From assembly GCF_036321535.1 (NCBI RefSeq), contig NC_087436.1, positions 90,274,001-90,338,000 of the forward strand: DNA of 64,000 nucleotides, read 5' to 3'. Below are positions 1-12,004 of the stretch, piece by piece. The notes under the pieces are model-generated. The model saw only the letters and a program-made list of their open reading frames with translations, did not search any database and was not told where the DNA came from. This stretch comes from Camelus dromedarius. Its lineage: Eukaryota. The translations under genes and the position numbers were made by a program. Each line of letters opens with the position of its first letter. The first letter of the stretch is position 1.

Positions 1-335
1 GACTGGGTGGCTTAAACAAGACATTTACTTCTCAGAGTTCTGGACACTAAGATCAATATCTTGAAGTCCAAGATCAAGGTGCCAGCAGATTGGACCTGGT
101 AAAGGCCCTCTTTGCAGTTTGTAGACAGCCACCTTCTCTCTGTGTCTTCAATGGGAAAGAGAGTGCAGTCTTTCTCTCTTCTCATAAAGCCACTAATGCC
201 ATCATGAGGACTCTACCCTTGTGACCTCATCTGACCTTAATTATTTCTCAAAGGTCCCATCTCTAAATACAGTTACATTGCGAGTTAGGGTTTCAATATA
301 TGAATTTTATCAGGGGCCCAATTCAGTCCATAGCA
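1..335 (-). mobile_element. MaLR LTR, MLT1A/MLT1A0-like (cut by window start)
   Basis: Ends AATTCAGTCCATAGCA, the reverse complement of the MLT1A0 5' terminus TGCTATGGACTGAA; internal AAGTCCAAGATCAAGGTGCCAGCAGAT and GACCTCATCTGACCTTAATTA blocks typical of MLT1A. Confidence 0.85.
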
Positions 336-574
336 TGGCTATCAACAAAAACACCAGAAATGGAGTATGCATATGATTTTCTTCAGAAAATGAAGAAATG
401 GGAAAGATAGCTCTTGTTGCAATAAGTCTGTGCATCATAATGTTCTGGTGAGGGTTAAATCAAACCAGACAAAAACTATAAAGTTCTTAACACAAGCCTA
501 GCTATCAAAATGGTTTGATCTTTGTATTATTAGCTGCCAAGCAGTAAGCCAAGCATTTTTGGTACATTATCCAG

Positions 575-745
575 ATTTTTTCATATAACTGCAAAGTGAG
601 AGTAATCCTTCTTTCACAGTGAGGAGACAGACTCAGAGAAGCAAATACCTCTCCAAAATCATGTAGCTTTTCAAGGCTGGAGTTAAGATTAGCACCGCTG
701 TTTGATCCCAAAGCCCAGTTTTATGTATTAAACCAAGATACCACT
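575..745 (-). mobile_element. MIR SINE fragment
   Basis: TTCACAGTGAGGAGACAGACTCAGAGAAG...CCCAAAGCCC resembles the reverse-complemented MIR core. Confidence 0.65.
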
Positions 746-1337
746 TCTTTCTGCAGTTATTGGTGATTTATATTTGCAGTCATATACCCAAAATTTTACA
801 GTTTTAAAAATTATTGGGAAGAGGGAGTATAATGGAATACAGCAGAAGATGTGCCACTTTCAAAAAGTGATGATTTATGGTGTACATCAATGTGTTGTAC
901 AAATTGATTATTATGTGGTTACAGCAGGATGTGGGAATGGAAATACAGAACTCTGTGATTTTGAAAGTAATTGATATCTTATAGGGTATACAATATTATT
1001 TGGTATCAGAAAAACAAATTGTCAGATTTAATAAGCAAGAAAAGTGACCCACTTCCCTAGAAAATACGACATGTCTATAAAAATGTAGAGGAATGTTGAA
1101 GCTGATGATCAAGTGTAGCAGAAAAGTGGGTAAAAGCTTACAGGATGAAGGCAGTTGAGTGGGTGATAATTAAGGAAACAAAAGCTGTAAGGAATACTTG
1201 AACCTAGGTTAGTTTTTATTATTTCCTGTGTGCTTAAAAAATTATAAGATAAATGATATATTCTGACTGAGTTAGGTCTTATGGAAAATTTTTTAAGGAT
1301 CTAAGAATGAGGAAAGTTTTATTTCCACTATAGAAGG

Positions 1338-1560
1338 TAATAGTGTGGTCAAGGAAACAGACTTTGGAGTCAAACATCATATTGGTTGTATAATATTGTT
1401 AAGTTTTCTTAATCATTCTTTGTTTTTAGGTTTTTTTTTTTAAATAAAGTGAGGATAATAGCATTTACTTCTAAGGTCTGTTTTATTGCTTAAATAAGAT
1501 AAAAATGTGTACAGGGCTTTGTACATATTTACTGCCACATGAAACATAGTTTTTATTATT
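1338..1560 (+). mobile_element. MIR SINE
   Basis: TAGTGTGGTCAAGGAAACAGACTTTGGAGTCAAAC head; AAAGTGAGGATAATAGCATTTACTTC core; TTATTATT tail. Confidence 0.65.
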
Positions 1561-1714
1561 TATGCTTCTTAATCTGCTTCATTATGTCAGTGGCCTCCTT
1601 GACTCTTTCAACAAACAGTTGAGAAATATATTGCATCATGGTTGAGAGAGACTTAATCAAATCCATTCTTATTCTTGGTCACAAAGCTAAACTCCTGCAT
1701 GGGCTGAAACTCAC

Positions 1715-1779
1715 CAAGCAAGATCCTTTAACATTTTGGGGGAAACAGCCCCCTTTGAGAATCTAATGAAAGCTTCACC
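1715..1779. mobile_element. hAT-Charlie-type MITE fragment; apparently resumes at about 2354-2400 after an insertion
   Basis: CCCCTTTGAGAATCTAATGAAAGCT resembles a Charlie4-type MITE core; a plausible continuation AGCTACAG...ACATTTTGCATAT follows the insertion. Confidence 0.4.
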
Positions 1780-2347
1780 TGTTGAGCTTGCCAGGTGTGG
1801 AGGTGGTCAGTTAGAACAATGAACTAAATTGAAAGTTGTGATCAAGCCTTTATTCATTTGCTGGGACAGTGTAAGCAAGAGGCCAAAAAGAAAGGCACCA
1901 GCTCCGCAGGGTTTCACTTCCCCCCACAAAATGGTTATGGGAGAGGATCAGCGGCGGCTGGAGTAATCTTCTCACTGCTGAGAAGCACTGAACAAAGATG
2001 CTTGTAAAGCCTCCTTATGGACCTGAGGAGCCAGAGGATGGAGAGGGGGAAGGATTAGCTCTAGAAAAGCAGAGTTGGAGAAAAGTGTCTTAGCCAAGGT
2101 CCCCTGATTAAAAAAAAAAAAAAAAAAGGCCTCACAAGGAAGGTGCCTGTACTGGAAGTGCAAATATACACAGGAGCTTGGCTGGTCTTGGCAGGCCCGA
2201 GTCCTTGACTGAAACTCCCTCCAGAGGCGGCAGTATCCTGGCTATGTGCCAAGGGCAGTGTGTGGACAGTCATCTTCCCCCATGAGACCTGCTAGGCAAT
2301 AACATGGAATTGTTCATGGTCGGGCCTGGACAATTATACATAGGATT
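1780..2347 (-). mobile_element. LTR-like insertion, family not identified
   Basis: GC-richer block starting with TG; CTTTATT (AATAAAG on the minus strand) near its left end; internal A18 run at 2110-2127; flanked by TTCACC direct repeats (1774-1779 and 2348-2353). Confidence 0.45.
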
Positions 2348-4851
2348 TTCACCAGGAGCTACAGTACCTTTCTCTCAGTGCCTACAGACATTTTGCATAT
2401 ACTGCATTTTGTTGCATTATATTTACTGTAAATAAACAAACTATCAGCAAATTTTACAATGAATTATAACTTTTTCACCCATGAAAAATTTAATGCTTAC
2501 TTTGTGAAACAAATCCAACCCCATCCCCACAAAAAATGACTTTTCCTTTTGAACAAAAATACATTTAAACAGGAAAAATGCATTTTAGAATGTATAAAAC
2601 ATGGACATTTTTCCATGGTCATTTTGATGCCAATATGTATGTCATCCTTGGCAAAAGAAAAGTAGATTTTGTTTTTATATGTTGAAATTGTATATCCACA
2701 AAGATATGCAGTAGGATAACTAACAACTAATCGTAAAAGTTTTGCCTTCTTGAGCACTTACTATGTCTCTGGTACTGGCTAATTATTTTTTTCTGTGTAA
2801 TGAGAACTCAATAAGGAAGAATCAGAAAATAACTTTATTTTTCCCACTCTGCCTCATATATCTTCAACGCACTCACTGTGCTATTTAATTTCTGATATTT
2901 GGTTATACAGGTGATTATGACTTTTTTTTTTCAGTCTTAGATAATACAATGGAAATATCCAAACCAGCTTAATCATCTCAACACTCAACTTCATTTAACA
3001 TTAAAGCTTTTCCCTCCTGCCAGTTTGACATTCCTTCAGGCTGTGCAAACTATGGTGGGGAAGGGGACTGTGGTTGACTTCTCAGTGATTCTTAGTTATC
3101 TCCTACTCGTCCCCTCTTGCCAAACAGTATCTTATATATCCAGGATTAGAACTGAGGATATAGAGAAGAGGGAAACGAAAGTCTTAACTAGCACAAAATA
3201 ATCTGGCTCAGATGTCTTTCAGGTAGGGCAGAATCTCCGTGTGGATCTGTCTTTTATTAACTGGAATTTTTTATGGTTTCCTCAGAGAGAGTTTCCCCAG
3301 GTGCCTCTATTTGTAGATCCCTTTGACAGGTCAGTGTCTCTTCTCTGGCTGGCCATTTACCTCTTCCCCAACTCACCCCCACACCCGAATGCATACAGTG
3401 ACCCCAAATTGGCATCTTATTGCCGAGGTCCCTTATGCAAGGCATACTATGGCTGGACTTAATCTCAAAAGGCCCCAGTGAGGCTTCTGTGACACACAGT
3501 ATACAAGTGAAAAGGCACCTCTCATCAGTGGAAGAAAGCACACCTAGCTCCCAGCAGAGCCATTTCTTTCCACTTTTCCACCAAGCCTGCAGCTCTTAGC
3601 CTTCATATTTCTCAGGCATGGGACAAACTCAAAATATGTTACAGGACATAATAAGCTAAGTGACTGTTATGAATTTCATTTTTATACTGACTGAAGGAGA
3701 AAGTGCCCCTCTTCACTCCTGTATGTTTGAGATAGGCAAAAGATCACAGTCCAACAAACAACCCTTCCCAAAGAAATTCTTCTCTCTTAACTACAGCCTT
3801 CTTAAATCCTCAGTGTGAGCTAGAAATGGAAGGGCTTGCACACAGGTGGGCTAGCTCATCACTTGGGAATATACAGAATATAGGCAATATATGTTCTTTC
3901 CTCAGGCTTTATTGTTTGAGTGAAAACGAGGGAAAGAAAAGTTTACCTTTAGTTGTACATATATAAGCAAACAACAGGCGAGTCTTCACTGTTTTCTGGC
4001 CCTGGTTATAAAATACTTATTTAAAAAACTCTGATCCTTTCCAAGATACTTTAAATTGAATTTTAGTTGTATCACTTCTTCTGTCTTCAAATAAACAAAC
4101 TAAAGTAATTTTTGTTAAGATCTGTGTCATTCTGCAAGGAAAAAAAAACCTAGGAGGTTTGGGCAGAATTAACCTTTGGAGGAATTTTGCAGATTTTGAG
4201 CTCACCTTCAGATATCTGTCTGCATAAAACTTAAAAAGATTGATGATTCTCAATTACAGCTTGTAGTAGTATTCCTTGCAGTTTGGGACAATTTGCATAA
4301 TTATCTGTCTCCAAACTACTTTCCTTATGAGAATTCTGGGCAAAAATTCACAGCAATTTAGTAGCATACATGGTATTGCTAGCAGGACTGTATATACACA
4401 GACATTCATTATTAACATGGTTAAAATTGTTTGCCTAAACCTCACCATATTGTTCCCATCAATCTGTTTTGAGAATTGGCTTTCCTTTTCCTCTGTCTTA
4501 AAAATAGAAAAGGAACCTTTGAAATTCAACTTGTTCTCATATGATTAGTCCCTAGAAATTCTGCTGTGTCAAAAGCAACTGTATTGCCTATCTCTATTTC
4601 ATGTGGAGAAAAACCTCTTCCTCAAGAAAAAAAAATTCCAGCTCTGGTTCTGATTTAACTAATATCCATGATGGCAGTAGATCAAATACCTTATAAACCT
4701 ATTGGGAGAGTCTTTGATCAATATTTATTGACATGTATTATAGTAGCCTTGCTGAACTCTAGATCTCCAAATTAGATACGCTGCCAAACATCACAGATGG
4801 TCCATTTTATTGCAAAGTCTATTCATTTTCTTCCCAGGCTAGGTTTAGGTG

Positions 4852-5308
4852 TTTCTATTAGTTAATTACTGATGTTTAACAAACTTAGCAGCTTTAAACA
4901 ATAAACTGATTAATTTCAAGTTTCTGTGGATCAGAAATTCAGGAGTGGCTTAGCCACATGGTTCTTGTTCAGGATCTTCTCAAAAGTTTCAGTTGGTATG
5001 TCAGCCAGAGCTAGTGTCATCTACAGGCTCGACTAGGGCTGGAGGGTGCGCTACCAAAGGTCACTCACGTAGCTGTTAGCATAAGGCCTCAGTTGAACTC
5101 TGCTGTTGGCAGGAGGTCTTAATTTCAACAGAGCAAGATGAAGAAAACAGTGTCTCGCATGACCGAGCCTCAGAAGTCACACTCCATCATTTACACAATA
5201 GCCTAGTGATTACTTAGCTTAGCCCTATTTAATGAGAGGAGGGGTCACACACAGGTAAAACCAAGAGGCAGGGATGACTGAGGGCCACAGTGGAACCTGA
5301 CTGCTACA
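4852..5308 (-). mobile_element. MaLR LTR (MLT1F/G/H group)
   Basis: AAACTTAGCAGCTTTAAACAA...TTTCTGTGGATCAGAAATTCAGGAGTGGCTTAGC...GCCTCAGAAGTCACAC...CTGACTGCTACA. Confidence 0.75.
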
Positions 5309-5750
5309 GTATGCCCTCAGACCCCCAAAGGAGATTCATGTCCTTCCCCACATGCAAGATTAATTTATTCATTCACATAGACCACTGAAGTTCCATCTCA
5401 TTATAGAATCAGGTCAAAGTGTAAAATCTCTTCAGGTTTGGGTGCAGATATAATTCCTCAGATTTTGTTCTTTAAGGGTAGCTCCCAAATATATTTCTTT
5501 CAATCTGGAAATCTATGAACCAAAGAGACAAATTGTCTCCCTCTCTTCCCAAAACAACCATGATGGAAGAGGTCATGGCCATAAAATATTCGGGGAACAA
5601 GTTGTCAACAGCATGCTGGGACCTATCCAAATTAAAAGACAAATTATTGCACTTTAAGTCTCCTATCACAAAGACAAAAGCTCAATTCCTGGTGGGCCAC
5701 TCTGAGTTTTAGATACAGTATATTTCTCATCTAGGAAAAATGTTCTGGCC
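5309..5750 (-). mobile_element. MLT1 internal (MaLR-int) fragment
   Basis: Abuts the LTR with GTATGCCCTCAGACCCCCAAAG...TTCATGTCCTTCCCCACATGCAA, similar to the internal segment at 25519 onward in this window. Confidence 0.7.
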
Positions 5751-5789
5751 CACATAATGGTGTTACAAAGGGCTAAGAGCTGTGTGTGA

Positions 5790-6110
5790 AGCTTGGAGCA
5801 GGTTGGTTCTGTGGCAGGTCCAGGCTGTGATGCAAGCAACTCTGCACTCTGGACCACTGAATCTGGCAAACCCTTTTGGTGCTATCAGTGGTGAGAAAGC
5901 ATATTATACGGACTATGAGACAAGATTCATGGGAGAATAATAACCCAGAATGTTGGGGTTCTGAAGCAAGTCCATTACATCTGCTGTGGAAAGATTAAAG
6001 CTTTTGAAAAACAGCTCCTGACATGCTACTGGTTCTGAAAGACAGCATGGCTGACCATGGGACACCAAGTAACTTAAACATCCAAAATCCTCACCATGAA
6101 ATGAGTCTTA
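5790..6110 (+). mobile_element. ERVL pol remnant (RT connection/RNase H region), disrupted
   Basis: Translatable pieces QVQAVMQATL, LGF*SK, FEKQLLTCYW and LTMGHQVT match the ERVL pol motifs QVQAAVQAAL / LGFWSK / FERQLLACYW / LTMGHQVT. Confidence 0.8.
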
Positions 6111-6234
6111 TCAGTCTTACAAAATTATAAGCTAAGACACTCTTAGTGTTTTAAGTTAAATTTGGCTTTTAACATAAGCAGAGACAGAGGGTGCAAGCAC
6201 TTAAGCAGTGAGGTAGACATGCCAAGACAGTCCC

Positions 6235-6635
6235 AGTGACCCGCACATCGTGTATTTCAGACTTTATGTGATCCCTTCCCACATTGCATCAGGGTGGGCC
6301 TGTGTGACCAATAGAATTTTGCATAAATGATGGTATGTCGCTTTCAAGATAAGGTTATAAAAGGCACTGGGCTGCTCTTTCTGTTATATGCATTCTTGTT
6401 TTCTCTCTTAGAGCACTGTCTCTGGGGGAATCTAGCTATCATGTTGCTGCTATCAGACTTATGAAAAGGTTCATCTGATGAGTAACCGGAGCCTCTTGCC
6501 AACATACAAGTGAGTGAGATGAGAATGCATTCTCCAGTTCCAGTCAAGTTTTCAGAAACTGTAGTCCCAGACAGGAGCTCTGTTGCAACCTTGTAAGTGG
6601 CCCTAAACCAAACATACTTAGCCAAACTACTCCTC
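6235..6635 (+). mobile_element. MaLR LTR (MLT1F-like), partial
   Basis: CCCACATTGCATCAGGGTGGGCCTGTGTGACCAATAGAAT...GGTTATAAAAGGCACTG...CCAGTCAAGTTTTCAGA. Confidence 0.75.
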
Positions 6636-6706
6636 TTCACGTGAGGCACGAACACAGGTTGAAAATGTTTAAATTAGTGAAACAGTTGTTGAATAAGAAG
6701 ACATGG

Positions 6707-6744
6707 ATGGATAGATCCATACGAAATGGATCTATCCATACGAA
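6707..6744. repeat. 14-bp perfect inverted repeat within a 19-bp tandem duplication
   Basis: ATGGATAGATCCAT (6707-6720) ACGAA ATGGATCTATCCAT (6726-6739) ACGAA. Confidence 0.9.
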
Positions 6745-7647
6745 ACTCTGCCTGTGAGCTATGTATGCACATGACTAGTCCTTTTGTTCATATCTCACTC
6801 TTTTTTCCAGACAGGTTACCTACCTTAGAAAATGTTTGTGTTCTTATCTTGGAAAACAATATGTCACTGCTGATTCATTAGTAATAACAAAATCAAATGT
6901 GACTTTTTAGTCTAACTTTGTAGGATTCTGATCACTCTTTTGCCAACTATTCCTGGGGGTTGTTTATCCCCACAGCACATGCTCACTTTTGTCTACATCA
7001 CAGAAATAATCTTATTTTATAAACATAACAGTTATTGATTTCTTTTATCTGAGAAAATCATGAGCACTTCTGTATGATTATAAAGCATGACACTTTAATT
7101 TTATATACTTTGGAAAATGCTCAATAATATAGTGAAATAAAATAATAACCCTAATCTTACCTCACAGAGATAAACACTATATAATTTGTGAGTTTTTTTC
7201 TTTAAATATTTTTACATACATTGCTACTTGGATAGATGGAAAGATGGCAGGTGGATGAATAGAATAATAGACAGTGAGTAATACATTAATCCAAGACACT
7301 GTAACCTAAATCTCTCCACATTTTCCCATTTCTGTTTTCTTTTCACCTTGCAGTATCATGTCTAGATACACTAGAACCTCTATCCTAGGCTCAATGAACA
7401 ATCCAGCATTTTCCCCTTGATTTAGGATGATTCCTGTGAGAGGGTTTTTTTTTTTTTTTCCTTGGCGTCTCTCACTGTAAATCTCTTTTTCTGCTTGAGG
7501 AATTTAAGCAGAAATTTTTTTTTAAGTTTTATAATCCTTCTTTACCATTTGTTATTTTCCAATGCAGCTTTTGCGTTTCTTCAATCAGTGATCATCTCTC
7601 ACTCAGTCCCGCTTTTGATTATGTCACTCCTTACTCATCTTTATGGA

Positions 7648-7765
7648 TTAATTTAACAAGTAATTATTGAAATTATATTATGATAGCCACTGTGCAAAGC
7701 ATTTGGAATACAGAGATGAGAAAGAAAATAAAGTTTTCTTTAATCATGAAATAAAAATCTAGCTC
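7648..7765 (-). mobile_element. L2 3' end fragment
   Basis: TTAATTTAACAAGTAATTATTGA...GCCACTGTGCAAAGCATTTGGAATACAGAGATGAG. Confidence 0.6.
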
Positions 7766-9351
7766 TCTGAGATAAAGGGTGTATGTGGAAGTTTGCCAGA
7801 ATCAGTCCTTTGGTCTTCTTAAATATATGAGTATTGTATAATACAGCTTGGTGGTAATGTGGATATGGGAACTTAATTACCCTGACATCTTGCCATAAGA
7901 AAGTTATTATCTCAACTAATTTGAATTCATCACTATATCATAAACAATTGGATCTACTAGTTCAGGGCAACAATTTTAAATGTATTAAATAATAGCCATG
8001 AGAAAAAAAAAAAAAGACTTGATATGCTAACTATTAATCCAGAGATCTGCATGTGCTTGGAAAACACATTGGCATGTAATTTAATTTTATTTCTAAATAA
8101 ACATTGAATCAGTGGTCTTGCCATGTGTTAGAGATGCCTGCTTATTTCTTTAGGGCAATAGTCATCTGTTCAATGGAGTTTTTATATTCAACATCTAAGT
8201 TAAAGATTCATTCCTTCTCAGGCTTATTCTACACGTAGAGTTTATTTTTTTTCAGTCTGTGAGCACAGGAAATAAGACAGTGACAATGTACCCAGGGGAT
8301 GATGACAGAAATTATCAGTTACATATTATTTTTCTTTCACCTTGAGGCTTCTATATAGACATCACATATACAATTTGATTTATATGATAACCACCATAAA
8401 AGAAGTAGATGCAACCAAATTTAAAACTCTGAAAGGAAGTTAGTTTTATCTCACCACTATGAACATAAATTTTATATCATACACATCTCTAGTCTTATTT
8501 ATTAGCAATTAAATACCTGTGAGTAACATAGTAAGTTAAAATTGAATTACTAGACTCAAATTTTGGTAACCAATCATTAGTTCACTGTGATGTTTAGTTC
8601 CATTTTGCCTTTTATGAACTGCCTTGCTTTACTTGGTAATATTTAAGGTTCATATGAGAAGAAAATCAGAATATTTTATTTGTTACAATAGAAACACACC
8701 CATATATGCAGGGGTAGAGATAACAGTAGACTTAAAAAAATTAATGGAATGTAGCAGATGACTGTTTGAACCATCTAGATTTTATGTTGTGAGAAACATG
8801 TAAGATGAGAAATCTACTAAACCAAGTGAAGGGTCTGAAAACATAAACAATGCCTTATTTGCAGGAAATGCTATTTACTAGTGTTTCACATTTATCTAAG
8901 TCATCTAATTCTTTCCCCAAACTACGTAGTTTGGCCATAGCTAATTCCATAAAGATTTTTAAATGTCAATTATTCCACATCTAAAGTTTAATAGATATTT
9001 TAAATGATAACTACTTAGAGTTGATATTTGGTAGTACTTTAAGACTCAAATTATATAGGACATCATGTTAACATTTCATTTGACTCTACAATTCTTGTAG
9101 AATAAGTGCAAAAGGGTATTTATGATTATTGTAAAGGAATTTAGTTTAAAAATCATTTTTACTGACTGTTTAACACAATAAGATACAGGAGTATCCAGCA
9201 AATTTGATACTAACTGTTAAAATGCCCATGGAAATACACATAATGGAATGAATACATAAAGGAAAAATTAAAAAAAAAATTCTTAATACATTTTAAGAAT
9301 GAAGATAGAAAATCAGAGACCAACATATTTATTTATCCTATAATTTGAAAT

Positions 9352-9845
9352 GTATTTATTCAACAGATGGTACATTCCAGACTTTGTGCTAAGTCTTTGA
9401 GATCAAATGGTGTAGAAATGCAAATGGAACCCCTGCTCTAAGTAATTTGATGGATTACTGTGGGGAGAAAAGTATCAATCCTATAATTGTACTTATGAAT
9501 ATTTAAGTATATACTGAGGTAAATGCTCTGCATCAAAGATGAATGATTCACTGAAACCTAGTAATAAAGAAACTTACTTAAATTTTAGAATTTAGAAAAT
9601 GTTACTTCAAAATTTGCAATGATTAAATTGATATGTTATAGATGTGTGGTAGTTAATTAGCAAGTACATAAACCCTATAATGAAGGTCAGGCTATTTGAA
9701 GAGCCAAAGTGACAGTAACCCAAAGCACAAGGGGAAGAATGGCACAAGATTGGCTAAAAGAGTAAAGCAGAGTCTAGAGAAAGCAGTTGAATACATTAAA
9801 AGTAATGTGTAGCCCTGGAGGAGTTTAAAAAGAATGGTGGGAGGA
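9352..9845 (-). mobile_element. L2 fragment
   Basis: TTTATTCAACAGA...CCAGACTTTGTGCTAAGTC...CCCTGCTC followed by purine-rich degenerate L2 body. Confidence 0.55.
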
Positions 9846-9877
9846 GGGTAGGGCATACTTTGAATTATTTTCTGTGT

Positions 9878-9976
9878 TCTTAAGTTGCATTGTGATATAA
9901 TTTATACACAATACAATGCACTGATTTCAGGCACAGTGATCTATGAATTTTGATCATTGCATACAGTCATGTAAAA
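9878..9976 (-). mobile_element. Old L1M 3' end fragment
   Basis: TTGTGATATAATTTATACACAATACAATGCACTGATTTCAG...ATGAATTTTGA...CATGTAA is typical of a reversed L1MB/MC terminus. Confidence 0.6.
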
Positions 9977-9989
9977 AGTTGTCCACTAT

Positions 9990-11661
9990 GCTTACTGGAA
10001 ATCCCAGTTTCTTTAGCACATGGATTTTCCAGACTGAAAACTGACTCAGATCTGGACATGGGCAAGGGATATGACTTTCTAACTGGGGACAACTGCCCTT
10101 AGTCCTTTATCCTTGATATTCTTGGATGGTAAAAGCTGAGCACTACCCTTATAGGCTGGCCTTTGTGATACTACCTTGTATTAACCATCTCTGTGGGTCA
10201 GTTTCCCTCAGATGCCATCTGATCCTGTAAGTCATGAATATTGGTTCTCGGCAGTTGGGTGCCACCACCTGTTCTCTGTTTTTCAGGGTCCTATCATCTC
10301 TGTCACTACTCTTACTGACGGTAACCCTAGTCAAGTAACAGCTTATCTTTCCTTCAGCTCTGACCTCAAAACAGTCACTCATCACTGAGTGTTTTAGTAA
10401 ATGTTGATACTCCTCTCACCAGCACATTCTTTATGGCCTTGGTAAAGTGTAACCTCTGAGCCTTACTAATCCAGTAAGGAACACAATCTATCGGGTGTTT
10501 TGGCCTATGTTGTATGTATACTCCAGTGTGCCTACTTCCCAGAGCCTTTGACCTCTTTGTCCACTGTCTGCCGCAGCAGTGCTGGCATTTCATTTTTGCT
10601 CAACAGAGTCATCTCTCTTTTTAGGTTCTATGATCCAGCCATTTCAGTAGCTGGTTTGGACCATCTTCTGAGGTCCTTACCATGGTGTTAAAACATATCT
10701 CAATTAAGTGTTTCCAAACCAATAAATTCTTCCTTATCCAAACTTAGGTTCTATTCCTTTGTTCAGGAACCTTTGGAATCTATTCACACACTAAGGACCT
10801 TCCCAGTTCCTTAGAACATATTCTGGTCGAATCCTCAGCTCATTTGAGGTGTAATCTCTTTTCCCCTCTTATTAAGTTCAGCATGAGCTTGGCTGAGTTA
10901 TGCTGTGAATTAACCCTATTTATAGGTTAGGTTAGTTTCTGGAAGGGGAGTGATGGACATATCCTGAGAAAAGCACAAGTTATCGTGCAGGTGAGAGGCC
11001 TCTGCACTGTCTTCAAGAAAACTGGCAGTGCTCGCTCCTAATAGGAAGAAGTGGGCCACTTCAGCAGGATCAAATTAAAAGAGATCTGGGAGAATTACAA
11101 TATTCAATAAAATTTACCAGATGTCCCATCCCACCTGCCTCACTTTTTTTCCTTCCAAAACTGAGCCTTGATCCATAGAGAGAGACCATCTTGTTTAACC
11201 TTCTATCATATCCCATCACTCTATTAAGTCCTGGGATAAGTCTTCAGTTCTTCCTCCTCCATTGTAAGAAATGAGAGCCTCTTTTCAACTTGCTAGAAAG
11301 TTCCTCTGGCTTTTACACTCAGCTCTCAATAATCTATTAGTTTCCTTACCATTTTATTATCTTTTCCAGAGTATTAATGTTTAGAAATATCCATCCAAAA
11401 TCACCATCTGTATAATTATTATTCACCATGTATTTTTCAAACTCCCAGTAAGTAACAACAACTAATGTATTCTCTACTACTGAGTATGCCATCCTGATTC
11501 ACCACCAGTGGTTTTTAACAATGGGACTGCTTTATTATTCCAGGGGCTTCCCATGTTCCATCTACTACCATCAATGGAATCCTCATTGCCAGGTTAACAG
11601 CAAGTAATCCATCTCCAAACCATCTTAATAACCTGCTTTCTCTGAACACTCCCAGTATCAC
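9990..11661 (-). mobile_element. gag: ERVL-class (HERV16/ERV3-16A3-like) internal region: leader and decayed gag
   Basis: Minus ORF 10375-10593 contains FTKAIKNVLVRG (ERVL gag FTKAIRNALVRG); ORF 10149-10385 has REQVVAPN (RGQVAALN); leader GTGATACTGGGAGTGTTCAGAGAAAGCAG directly abuts the LTR. Many stops and frameshifts. Confidence 0.75.
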
Positions 11662-12001
11662 TGGTCATAGATTGATTTCTCAAGAAGGAGATGCTGAGAT
11701 GGTCATTTGCACACCAAATATTTATTAGGTATCCACACATGTAAAATGGAGGGGGAGAAGCAGGATTGTGAATGGTGAGAAAGCAACTTGCCCATGCAGG
11801 CCCAGAAAAACATGGCCTGGGCCATTATACCTCCCGCATCAGACACTGATTGTATGCTTCCCCAAGAGGAGTGTTCTCTTGGGCATGGCAGAGCTTTGCA
11901 GCTGAGTCAAGCCTAAGGGCACTGATAGTAAGCTGTCTGTTGACATATGGGGCAACAAGTCATTGCTTGAAGGATAAGTTGGTATTTTTGTGTCCATTAC
12001 A
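11662..12001 (-). mobile_element. LTR16A-like 5' LTR of the ERVL provirus
   Basis: GTCATAGATTGATTTCTC...GATGCTGAGATGG...TTTATTAGG...GAGAAGCAGGATTG...TGCAGCTGAG...GCAACAAGTCATTGCTTGAAGG...TGTCCATTACA. Confidence 0.8.
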
Positions 12002-12004
12002 CAG

